Assembly: GCA_029717555.1 (NCBI GenBank)
Contig: JAMDHS010000060.1
Location: forward strand, 62,001 to 126,000
Direction of reading: 5' to 3'
DNA from: Peribolospora baueri
Taxonomy: Eukaryota
Length of the DNA stretch: 64,000 nucleotides
Shown: positions 23,358-34,153 of the stretch, one piece after another
Numbering within the stretch: the stretch's first letter is position 1
Layout: the number at the start of each line of letters is the position of its first letter
Program-made: the position numbers and the translations under genes
The notes under the pieces: generated by a model
What the model was told of the DNA's origin: nothing
Seen by the model: only the letters and a program-made list of their open reading frames with translations
The model's database searches: none

Positions 23358-24153
23358 TCAGAGCTGGCCCTTGGTGAGGAGGTCGTCGAAGGCCTCGGAC
23401 ACACGCTTGGACATGGTCTTTTCGCCTTCGCGGACCTGTGATACGAGAGTGATAAATCGGGAAGGGTGGATCGGTCAGAGAGAAAATCCTCTAGATCGCA
23501 GTACGTCCTGGGAAACCACAGCGGGGGGCAAGAATTGTAAAATCTCACCCAGACTCGCGGGTCGTAGAACTGAATCGGTCACGCGAACGGAAGGGCGAAG
23601 GGGTCAAAGGCAGCAGAGACAAAAAATGGTCAACGCGTCGTGACATCGGAGCGACAAGTCGGCCTTCCCTCTTCCAGCGCACCTTCTTGTTAGGCTTCTG
23701 CGGTCCCTCGGGGTTTCCGACCTGGGTCATGATGTAGTCCTTCTTGTTGAGGACGTAGTCCCTGATGCCCTGGAGATAGGCCCACTGCGTGTCCGTATCA
23801 ACGTTCATCTTGATCACGCCGTTCTTGACGGCCGTCGTGATCTCCTCCTTGGTCGAGCCCGAGCCGCCGTGGAAGACGAGGAACCTGTCCGAGGGCAAGC
23901 GAAAAGTGACAAGTACAAGCACGACCGTGAGAAATATGGGCGACGTGAAATCTCGCCCTCCTCTTTAAAAAAAGGTGACACGTACACAGGGGTCTGCTTG
24001 TCCGTCTTGAGCTGACCGCGGACAAAGTCCTGGTGCTTGCCGAGGAGGCCAGGCTGAAGCTTGACGTTACCGGGGGTGTAGACACCGTGGACGTTGCCGA
24101 AGCCGGCGGCAATGGAGAAGTTGGGCGAGATCTCGGAAAGGGTGCGGTAAATG

Positions 24154-24184
<31 letters not shown>

Positions 24185-25407
24185 CGGCGTTGTCGACGCC
24201 CGTGTTGTCCACACCGTCCTCCTCGCCACCGGTGATGCCGATCTCCATCTCGAGCCAAAGGCCGACCTTGGCCATGCGCTCGAAGTACTTGCGGCACGTG
24301 GCAATGTTCTCGTCCTTGGACTCCTCCGACAAGTCGAGCATGTGCGACGAGAAGAGGGGCTCCTGGTGCTGCTTGTAGTACGCCTCGTCAGCCTCGAGCA
24401 TACCGTCGAACCACGGCAAGAGCTTCTTGGCGCAGTGGTCCGAGTGGATCACGACGGGGACGCCGTAGAGCGGAGCGACGGCCCTGTCGGGAGGGATGAG
24501 AACAGAATTGAGGCCTCGTTCACGGCCAACCGAACGGGAACATAACCCGCTCGACGATGATCGTTCACTCACCTGATGAAGTGGGCGGCCGCGGCAGCAC
24601 CGCCGATAGAAGCTTGCTGCTTGTCATTGGCGACACCCTTGCCAGCGAAGTACGCAGCGCCACCCTGAGACACCTGAAGAATAACAGGGGACTTGGAGTC
24701 ACTGCGACGATTGACAAAAGGGAAGATGATCCGAAGGCGTGAGCGTAGGCCGGGAGCAGATCGATATCAGCTCCTGAAGCGTGATTGGTTCGTCTGCGGC
24801 ACATGATAGGAGGGAAGAAAAGACGAGCCAAGCCAACGGTGCTCACCGAGCGGCCTCAAGGGCAGCGTTGACAGTAGAGGAGCTGGTCACGTTCTGCGGA
24901 CGCAGAGGAGACGACGGTGAGTGGGCACTGCAAGACGGTAAAACACCGAAGGAAGGCGAACTGAATGGCGGGGACACCCACGAAAGCCTGCAAAGGAAAG
25001 AGTAATCGAGAACGTGAGCGGGGAAAACCAAATACAACCATGTCGAGCTGACCGAACGCATTACAGATGCAGAAGAAGGCAGGCACACTCACAGGAATGG
25101 CGAACTAGGAAGACAATCGGCAGGGTGACATGTAGACAGGGTGGACGAGGCATGATAAACGATGAGCGATGGCTTCCTATGGTCGACGATCGGGAAAAGG
25201 CTCACCTTGTGCTCGCGAGCATAGTCGAAGAGCTTGTAGACGTTCTCGCCGGTGAGAACGCCAGCCTGGGGGCGGGTGGGGCGGGAGTGAGACGGGGTTG
25301 GAAGATGAGCATGATCAGCGATGGTACGTCATCGAGCCGACCGACGCATGCAAGGCGCCTCGGAAGACAGAAGGAAGACTTACGGGGACGACGTCGAGGA
25401 CACCCAT
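23358..25407 (-). CDS. FBA1: Fructose-bisphosphate aldolase class II, multi-exon with micro-exons
   Basis: MGVLDVVP, FAIP|AF|NVTSSSTVNAALEAAR, VVIHSDHCAKKLLPWFDGM, LFSSHMLDLSEE, EMEIGITGGEEDGVDN, FGNVHGVY, FLVFHGGSGS, FYDPRVW|VREGEKTM. Confidence 0.98.
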
Positions 25408-25816
25408 TGTCTGTGTTGGCTGCTGTAGAGATGGGAGGGGTGGGTATGGTATGTATGTATGACGGCTGATGAGGTCGAGCAGTCGGTGGTTGGCGACGAA
25501 CGGCTTGCCTCCGACTGAAGCGCTGCCAGTCGATCTACGGCTACTTGCCGCAGCAGTGTCTTCGGGAGAACTCGCGCGGGGTCGGCAACGTTCGGGCCCC
25601 GCGTACGCCCCCGCCCACCACCACCCCACCTTGTCTCCAGAATCTTCTTTTTATGGAGATGGACGACTGGAGGATGGTTGAGTACGAACAGAGTACACGG
25701 CTAGACTGCGGCAGATAGCACTCCGAGCATCCGGTATATCCGAACGGCGGTCAAAAGTGGTCCATGCCCATTCCAAACCCGTCGAGCCAGCGTCCACCTC
25801 ACCTCTAAATACGGCC

Positions 25817-26161
25817 CTAAGTCTGCGCGCCCCCGGCCAATTGTCGCCCTCGACGTCGGTCAACGTCGAGTGCCGAGGGCGCATGAAGAGGTAGAACGAA
25901 AACCGCAGCGGTCCTGGCAGTCTGAGAAGGCTGGTCAAACGGGCGAGGGCGGTTGTGGCCCAACGACTCCGCATGCACAGGGAGCACGAAAGATGACGAG
26001 CGCGCCATCGTTGGGAAGGACAAGGCATATGAGGGGTGCAAAGGGTTGACGAGGAAGAAAAGCGTCTCTCCAGGTCCGGGCTGGCTGTGGGACACCACCA
26101 CCGCTGTGTCCGGCGGGAGGATGGCGGAGAGCTCGTGAGCGAGGAGCGAGTTGAACTGCAT
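25817..26161 (-). CDS. Hypothetical 114-aa protein (orphan ORF)
   Basis: ATG-initiated ORF MQFNSLLAHELSAILPPD... with C/G-ending codons typical of neighbouring genes and an internal repeat FVLPVHA/FVLPLHA. No family recognised. Confidence 0.35.
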   Translation of the reverse strand: MQFNSLLAHELSAILPPDTAVVVSHSQPGPGETLFFLVNPLHPSYALSFPTMARSSSFVLPVHAESLGHNRPRPFDQPSQTARTAAVFVLPLHAPSALDVDRRRGRQLAGGAQT

Positions 26162-26760
26162 AGCCGCAAAGGATCGCCGATAGTCTTGGGCGCGAGGAAC
26201 GGAAGGATGTGGCTGGGGAAAGTTGGTCAAGCTATCTGGCAGGGAAGCGCGGCGACGTTCAGGTCAAACCAGGGACACTAACTGGCTTGGAGAGCGTTCG
26301 TATCGAGGTCGAGGCCCTGTACGAGGCAGGGAGGGAGGGAGGGAGGGAGGGATGTTGGCCGCCTGCGCCTATGGCGTGCGTCACCTTTGGGCATCCTCTA
26401 CTGTCGGGGGGGTATCATGCCGCTATTCCTCGCCATGTTGTGACCGTTCCAGGACCATGTGGGCATGACATGACGCTGAGGCGAGCGTCAGCATCGAGCG
26501 AGCCCAGATCGCCGCGGAGAAATAAATTTACGGTTTCAAATTTCCCGACCGTCGCGTCTTGCTCCATCCGATGGGACAACGCCGCAAACTCGCTCGTTAC
26601 GCATGCGGGGTCCCGTCGCCGGTGGCGGGCAGGCACCACGGCCATGGTCTCACGCCCGTCTCATCGTGGCGATCTGTAGGGAGAGGGCGGAACGCAGATA
26701 AACGCCCCTCGTCGCTGTCTTTCAGTTCGACATACCTCGTCGACCGTCCCTCCCTGCACC

Positions 26761-28401
26761 ATGGACACGCCCTCCGGCTCGAAGCCCTCCTCCGACAGCG
26801 CTCAAGGCGAGAAGGAAGTAGCCCACCTTAATCATTTGCAAGATCCCATTGTCGCTGTCCTCTCCACCCATGCAGACGAGCAGAATGCCCCTGACGGAAT
26901 CGACGACGGCGAGGTGTTCGCTCGAACTGGAGATGGCCCCGATTTTCGGGCTGTGTCATGGTGAGGATAGGATCCCGGGAGCCTGCTGGATCTCCGTCGG
27001 ATTAGTAGACCGAGTGCGGCATGCTCACCTTGACGAGTTTTCGCTCGCCCTCTTGATGGACGCCGCGAACGCCGCAGGCCATCTGCCGCTGTGCTCATCA
27101 CCAAGACACAAATGGGCATCGGCGTCCTCGGTATTCCCGCGACGTTGGACACGCTGGGCTACGTGCCTGGCATCATCACCCTGATCACCCTGTGTGCCAT
27201 CACGACCTACGCTGGCATTCTCGCGGGCACCTTCCGCCACCGACATCCATCCGTACACAACATCGGCGACGTCGGCTACATGTTGTTTGGCACAGCCGGA
27301 CAGGAGGTCATAGGCGTCTTCTACTGGCTTTTCATGACGATGATCGCCGCGGGGGGCCTGCTCGGGTCGTCGATCGCTTTCAACGCCTTCACCGAGCATG
27401 CGACGTGCACCATGGTCTGGACCTTTGTCGCTGCCGCTCTCGCGTGGCTCGCCGGCGGCGGGTTTCGTTCCTTGAATCGGGTCGCTTGGCTTGGCTGGTT
27501 CGGGCTGGCTTGCGTATTCACCGCCGTGTGGCTGGCGACCATTGCGGTGATCGTCCAAGATCGCCCCGCCGCCGCCCCTCCTGGACCGGTTGACTTGGAC
27601 GTTCGCGCCTTCAAACGGCCGTCGTTCACGGCCGCTATGACGGCCGTGTCCACTCAGCTGACGGCTTTATCGGGGACGCCGGCCTTCTTCTCCATCGGCG
27701 CCGAGATGCGCGAGCCACGTCACTACAGACGCTCCCTCTTCTCGGCTCAGGTGTTTGTCTTTGTCAACTACGTGGCCGTCGGGCTGATCGTTTATTTGGA
27801 ATGCGGTCAGTATCTTGCGTCCCCCGCACTGGGATCGGCAGGCCCGCTCGTCAAGAAGATTGCCTACGGAATCGGCTTACCTGGCCTTCTGGTCACCGCC
27901 ATCCTCTATACCCACGTGGCGGCCAAGTACATCTTTGTGCGCGTCCTTCGACATACGCGACATCTCCAAGCCAACACCGTCACACACTGGCTGGTATGGG
28001 GCGCGTCCCTCACGGTCGGCGTCGCCTTCTCGTTCGTCATCTCCGGCGCAGTGCCCTTTTTCGACGACCTTCTCGGCCTCGTGGGCGCGTTTTTGGGCTC
28101 CTTCCTCACGCTCCTCATCCCGGGGCTCATGTGGTTTTATGACGCCGTGGGTAAGCCGGCGCACAAGGTGGAAGACGGAGACAAACCGAGCAAAGGCCGC
28201 TACGCATGGATTTTGCGCGCTCTGCGCAGCGCGCGCCACGGCAAAAAGCAGGCCATCAAGGTTCTCCTGAACGTCGTATTGGTCCTTCTCGGCGCTTTCC
28301 TGATGGTTGCCGGGACGTATAGCTCGGTCGTGTCCATCCGCGATAAGTATAATGCGGGGACCGTGGGGTCCGCCTTCTCTTGCGCGGACAACTCCAACTA
28401 A
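26761..28401 (+). CDS. Neutral amino-acid permease (Aa_trans/AAAP family, Mtr-like), 2 exons
   Basis: Exon 1 ends GPDFRAVSW, intron 26961-27077. Then KTQMGIGVLGIP, about 11 hydrophobic segments, AFFSIGAEMREP, SPALGSAGPLVKKIAYGIGLPGL and terminal AFSCADNSN. Confidence 0.93.
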
Positions 28402-28765
28402 GGCTCTGTCTGTATCTAACGCGCACACCCGGATCCCTTTTTAATGCACATGCCCAGTTCTCCCCAATACCCCAGCAAACGTCGGGAGATTGGTAAATGT
28501 GTGGAGGAGGGTTGCGTACTGGAACAGGAAAGGGGACAACACAGCCTTCGTCCAATCTCCTCGACAAGGCTGTCGAGCAAGTCAAGTTTGCAACGAGTGC
28601 CAGCGCCCCGCCCCTTCAAAGGAAGGGGCCCTTGCGCTCTTCTCCCTGTTGGATAATTAAACAACCTGGCGTTGAGGCGCTGGCTTGTGTCCCTTCTACT
28701 CGACTGTAGGACGAACGAGGCACCAGTAGCCTGTGAACGAGCAGCGCCGATAAAGAGCGAGTGAC

Positions 28766-29524
28766 TCACTTCCTTTCTTTCAGGATCATCCGAACGCCCC
28801 CTTCGCCCCTCCGTACCCTCCGCGCCTCCGCACTTTTGAGCTCCGCCCAGGTTTCTTCGTCTTTATCCGTATGGCCCATCTTGACCAGCACAACTGTCAA
28901 GGTCTTGACTCTCCCCTTCTCCTCGTCCTTGGGCCCCGATCCGACCTCAGGTCCACTCCTTGAGCGCTCTATCGCTCGGATTAAGTCATCAAGCACGTTC
29001 GCCGTGAAGCCGGTCAACTTCTTGAACGTTAAAATGAGGTATTGAACCTTGCTTGGGCACCGAGAGGCGCCCTACCGTGTCAATGTAATATTTCTCTGCT
29101 CCTCCAATGCGGTAGACGCTGACGACGAGCTGGGTGAAATTGGAGCACAAGTACAGCGCACGATTGCGTAGGTTGCTGCAGCTTACGAACCCCTCCAGGC
29201 TCTCGCCGCACGCGCTCAGGAGATCGAGCTCGTAGGGATCGTAAAGTTTTGGGGGGCAGCCCACGTCCCTGTAGACCTTCTAGCTGATGTCCAGTCGGCG
29301 AACTTTGCTGAGGAGGAAGGTGGCGCGGGGAGAGACGGACGTACGGAGGAGAAGACGGAGAGAAGTTCTTGAGCGAATGATGACTGAGGTGTAGAGCAGA
29401 GGTGTCAGCACCGCATTGAAGGCACGAGAGACACGGGCGAGCGCCGCCGCCGTCATGCCGTCGATAGAGGCGGCCTCGCGAAAGATATTTCTACGAGCTC
29501 TACGGGGAATCGAGAGAGATCCAT
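28766..29524 (-). pseudogene. Degenerate F-box-like gene of the basidiomycete expanded type
   Basis: Reconstructed across frames: MDLSRFPVELV/NIFREAA..LARVSRAFNAVLTPLLYTSV..LLLRT/RLSRATFLLSKVRRLDIS*KVY..LLSACGESL/VQYLIL. About 3 frameshifts plus an in-frame TAG at 29280-29282. Confidence 0.65.
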
Positions 29525-30248
29525 GGTGGTGCGTTGGTTGGCCGAAAGGGAGGAGAGCGGGGATGAGAGGGTACCCATCGTCCTGACGAGAAGGTCAAGT
29601 AGATGGCAAGCACGTCAGCAGAGAAACCAACGCGTGAACGTTTGTCCTCACTGACCTTTCAAGCCACACTCACCTCGTGAGCCCTTCGTCGCAACTTCCT
29701 CGCGGGTGGTTGACGGTGTCAGTGTGACGGGGTTCAAGTCAAAGGGCGAGGCGAGTGCGTCCGAGTCGAGGTGAACGCGGCAAGGGGAGTTCAACGAGGC
29801 TGGAAGCCAGCAAGCAAGGTGTAACAAGGTTCACGATTGGGCAAGAGCGAAGGCGAGGGGCGAGATACAAGAGTCAAGAGCAAGGGTGAGATACGAGATG
29901 AGGGTGAGTTACAAGATGAGAGGTTACAAAGGAGATAGCGGATGATAGACAAGGCAAGAGTCAAGATCAAGGACAAGAACGGAGATGAGATATCGGATGC
30001 TGAGTCCCCGATGGTGTGGTCTGGATTGTATGGGTTTTCCTTTGGTTTGCTTCCCTGCTGTCTCTTTCCCGTCGTCCCTTCTCTTTATATCTCTCTTTTC
30101 CTTTCCCTCTCGAACTTAATCGACACTCTCTCCCTTCCCACTTAATCGACTCTCTCTCGCTCCTTCCCCGTCACCCCGTTGCCGTTGTCATTGCAACAGA
30201 AAATAGACGCCGCCCCCTGTAGTAGTAGCATTTAGAAGAGACACGGCG

Positions 30249-30994
30249 ATGTCATCTTCCAGGCGGAATTGGAACCAGGCTGTTCCGTACCCGAAGTGCC
30301 CTGTTTTGAAGGAGAAGGAAATAGCGAACGTCGACGTCAGCCGGCGGCGATCTTGCGAGTCGAAACGAGGAACGCACGAGTCGGGACTCCGTCGGCTCCT
30401 TGCCACGCTTTGTTCGCTCTCCTCTCCTTCTCTCACCGCGACCACGACGCTGCTGTGTGCTCGCGATGCAGCCATACGATCCGGAAAGCGTCATGGACGC
30501 AGCTCCCTCCGCCATCCCCGCCGAGGCGTTGTCGACGCTCACCCCGGAGAGCCAAGCATACATACGACGGCTCGCCGCCTTTCGGGAGAAATCGAGGTGT
30601 CCCTGACGAAGCATCTCCAAAAACCGCCAAGCGGCCGTCCTGGTCTTGCTCTTCGAAGCGCCCGTACATCCCACCGCCGCTGCCGCCGCCGACGCCGACG
30701 CTATATGCTCCGCGGCCAGCACATCGGCCACCGCACCGACACCGACGGCGCCAACGGAGCTCAGGGTCTTGTTGACCACCCATGCTTTGCACCTTCGTTC
30801 GCACCCGGGACAGACGGCCTTGCCTGGCGGGAGGGTGGATGAAAAGGATGGGTCGTATAGGATCACTGCGGTGCGAAGTCGCGCTGTGTCGCGTGATATG
30901 TCTTCTTTCGCTAGGGACATTGCTGCTGACGCTCGAGTGCCGTCTCTCTCTCTCTCTTATGGCCGCCCCGGTCAGATCCCCTGAGGCTGCTGAA
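30249..30994 (+). pseudogene. Truncated, disabled CoA-pyrophosphatase Nudix hydrolase (Pcd1/NUDT7-like)
   Basis: QAAVLVLLF..LRVLLTTH..LRSHPGQTALPGGRVDEKD..ITA. In-frame TGA at 30604-30606, conserved LLTxR appears as LLTTH, and after the intron only an out-of-frame EAAE remnant (30983-30994) of the REAxEE box remains; the rest of the gene is absent. Confidence 0.75.
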
Positions 30995-31201
30995 CCACCA
31001 CCACTCTCTAAACGTCCCTCAACGTTTGGCTGGAACAAAGCTCTCATACGCAAACAATCCCACCGCTGTCGCCCTTTTCTCTCCTCCGCCCCATTCGTCC
31101 GTCCGTCCGTCCGTCCTGCCCCGTACGTATGTAATGTTCGAGTCGGCCTGCCGACGCGTCATCGCATCATGATTCGAGTCCAACGCAGCCACAGACGGAC
31201 C

Positions 31202-33584
31202 CTAGCGGAACGTCTTCTGCGTGGCCGCCAAGCCGCCGTACGTGCCCAGCTGGAGGCCCGAGGCGGCGCCCAAGAAGCTTCCTGCGGCGGCGCCAAACGA
31301 AGGTCGTTGGGCGGCTCGCGCGGCGGCCTGAGCCTCTCGCCACGCGGCGAGCTCAGCCTCCGCCTCTTCCCACTTGTCTCGCTGCACCTCCTCGCCAGAA
31401 ACCTTGAGCGAGCCCGCCACGGAGGCGCCCACCCAGCCGAACATGTTGGGCGCAAAGGCCGGAGCGCTCCCCGCATCGGCCGGGGATGTGTCAGGCGGGC
31501 TCGGGTCGTTTAGAATCGTCAAGTGCGGGCCGAGGTGGGCGAGCGGGGCCCAAGGATAGGCCACGCGGGCGCTACGCCACAAGGCAGAACCCGACTCTGG
31601 CGGAGGAGTCGATGCGGGGGCCGTCACAGCCATCGAGACGTCGGTGTCCGATCGTGCGCCACCCGGCGACGACATCTCAATAGCAGAGCCATTTGGGCTC
31701 AACGCACGATGAGTCAGTGGGGTAGATGATGATGATGCCGAGAGATGAAGGAGGAGCTCTGCTCGCACACGGGGGATGAAGCCGGGAAGCATTGCGGTGC
31801 CTCCTACGAGGAGAATCGACGACACAAGCGGTTTTCGAAGATCGATGTGCAGCTGAGAGAAGAAAAAGGGAGGGCTGTCAGCCTTCCTGTCACATGATTC
31901 ACACTCAAGTTGAAAGGGTCCATACTGGCATACCTTCATCAAAGCCCCCAGCACCACCTCCACCACGCTCTCCTCATCCAAGTCCCCGCCTTCGAACAAG
32001 CATTCCGCCGCCCTCTCTCGCACCCAACCAGGAATGACGATCGTCCCTCGCCCGAGGGCGCCAGCAGGACCAGCCGGCACGGCGACGTGCGTGCCGACGC
32101 TGCTGGACATCGTCTGTGCCGGAACACGTATGGCGAGGTCGGTGGCCGTAGAGCGAGAAGCGTACATGTCGTGTAATCGACGCATAAGCTCTTCGTCCTC
32201 TGCCTCGTCGTATGCGTGTGGCCCGATGGGATCCGAAACAAAGAGCGCCCGCGCCTTGATCTGTTCAAGGAACTCGTCAGTGAGCACCTCACGCGGAATG
32301 GGGGTGGAGCGGGAAGCGGCTGGCACATGGGCGGAGCCAAAGGTGGCAGGCGGGAGAACGAAGACGCCAAAGTGAAGGAGCAAGGCGCGTAATCGCTCTG
32401 TGAGCCGGCGGCCCGCGCGAGGGGTGGTTCGTACAAGCGAGGTCAGTGGTCGTCCGGAAAAGATCTGGAAGAGTTTAAAAACGCCCGCACGGAGGAGAAG
32501 ACTAAGTGAGAGGCTCATTAAGGCTTAGCAGCTGTCGAGATTTGTTCTCGATCAACGCACAGGGACGACAGAGGTCTCCAAATGTCCACAGTCCACCACC
32601 AGTCCGGTCATCTTCCCGGTCGCCATGACGGAGAGCAAGTGAGCAGGGAGAAAAGAAACAGATTTGACCTGAAAAAAGGCGAATTTAACGTTGCACACAA
32701 AGAGGAATCAGGGGTAATCAATCTCGGGCAGGCTCGATGAGGCGTCTCTTGGCAGGGAAGATCATACACACTTGCAAGTTGGAGAACAAGACTCGGGTGA
32801 TCGTTTCGCGGATCTTGACCGGCTGCAATACATTCTCCAAGACAACCACTCTTCGTGCCTTCAGATCGCCCAGCATGAGGTTCCTTTTGATCGCCAGAGC
32901 CAAAGAGAAAGACAGAATGCATAACACGTGGGAAGGCAAGGAAGGAGGTCAGACGATGCGGCGAAAGCACCGACGACGGAATATGGCCGATGCGCACGGA
33001 AAACGACAGCACGGCGGGAAGACTCACTCGATGAAAATATATCGAAGACAGGCCTGCACCCTTGCCTGAAGCACTGCCTCCACCTCATCCCTGCCCGCTT
33101 CGTCGTGAGCCCTCTCCAAATCCAGGTCCCACAGTTCGCCCGTGCCTGGGCCCCAAGGCACACTCAAGCTCTCGCTCCCTCCGCCGCTGGCGGGCCCTCT
33201 CCCCGCCCCACCACCACCAGTTGTAGACGTGATGTCTGCAACCCCAGAGGGCAAAGGCGCAGGAGCGACTACGGGGGCGGCGAATACGAGCCGTGGCCTC
33301 GGCTCCCCGCTGAAGCCAGCCTTCCAAACACGGCTGCCGAGGTCGAGGACGATGCGGTCCTCGGTGCCATAGATGGAGTGTCGACGGAGAGAGGAGGAGG
33401 AGGAAGAAGAAGAGTAGGAAGATAGAGACGTCCCTGGGGCAGCGCCAGCGACTGTCAAGTGCCTTGAGGAGGCGGACGAGGAACCGGTGGGCCTGCGCTG
33501 GCCGTCAGAGGCGAGCACACGTCGCGCCGGAGCGAGCGCATCGTCGGCGTTGCGAGGCGTCCGTGAGACGGAAGTAGCAGCCAT
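31202..33584 (-). CDS. ARP10: Actin-related protein 10 (dynactin pointed-end Arp10/Arp11), multi-exon
   Basis: RRHSIYGTEDRIVLDLGSRVWKAGFSGEPRPR, TGLVVDCGHLETSVVP, IDLRKPLVSSILLVGGTAMLPGF and WVGASVAGSLK. Confidence 0.85.
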
Positions 33585-34153
33585 TTTCGGTATCTCGCAA
33601 CAGCCCTTCTGCTGTCGCAGTCTCGTTCTGTCCGAATTGGGAATCTTGACTGGTTGTGGTGTCAGCTTGGTCTTGGGAACATCAGGGAATGTTGGTCGTG
33701 GAGAGATCACGTGATTACAATTCCATTCGATGATGGAGGGAAGATATTACCGGGCGGAACGAGGGAAAAGAAGAGCAGAGACGAGGGGGAGACAATTACA
33801 AGGATCGATGCGAGAGATAAAAGTTACCTAGAGGCGATGGGGCAGGAGAAAGAAGACCTTAAAGATGAGCGGGGAGGTGCCCGTTCGTCGTCCAGCGGCG
33901 GAGGGACCCATCGGGGGAACAAAGCGAATGGGACACAGAAAGAGCCAGGGACGAACGAAGCGAAAATTGCGAAAGCAAGCCAAGAGAGACAAGTATAGGT
34001 GAAACGGAGAAAGGAAGTGGCAGAACAGGTACCAAAGGTTTAAACAAAAATGCCTGCACGTCCTCCAGAAGCGAAATACCGATTCAAACGCACGGCAGTC
34101 TACGCAAAGGCCATGCAAGCAGGGTCGTGGCCCGACTCGAGCCGATTCATCGA

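Noticed and set aside
23154..23360. Stop read-through or cryptic peroxisomal PTS1 extension of FBA1
   Set aside because: The stop context is TGA GTG rather than TGA CTA, and the in-frame extension ends ..RDVV, which is not SKL-like.
29700..29745. tRNA B-box-like GGTTCAAGTC
   Set aside because: I could not form a cloverleaf, acceptor stem or A-box around it.
30115..30157. Direct repeat ACTTAATCGAC..CTCTCTC occurring twice
   Set aside because: A local short duplication in a pyrimidine-rich leader, with no evidence that it bounds a mobile element.
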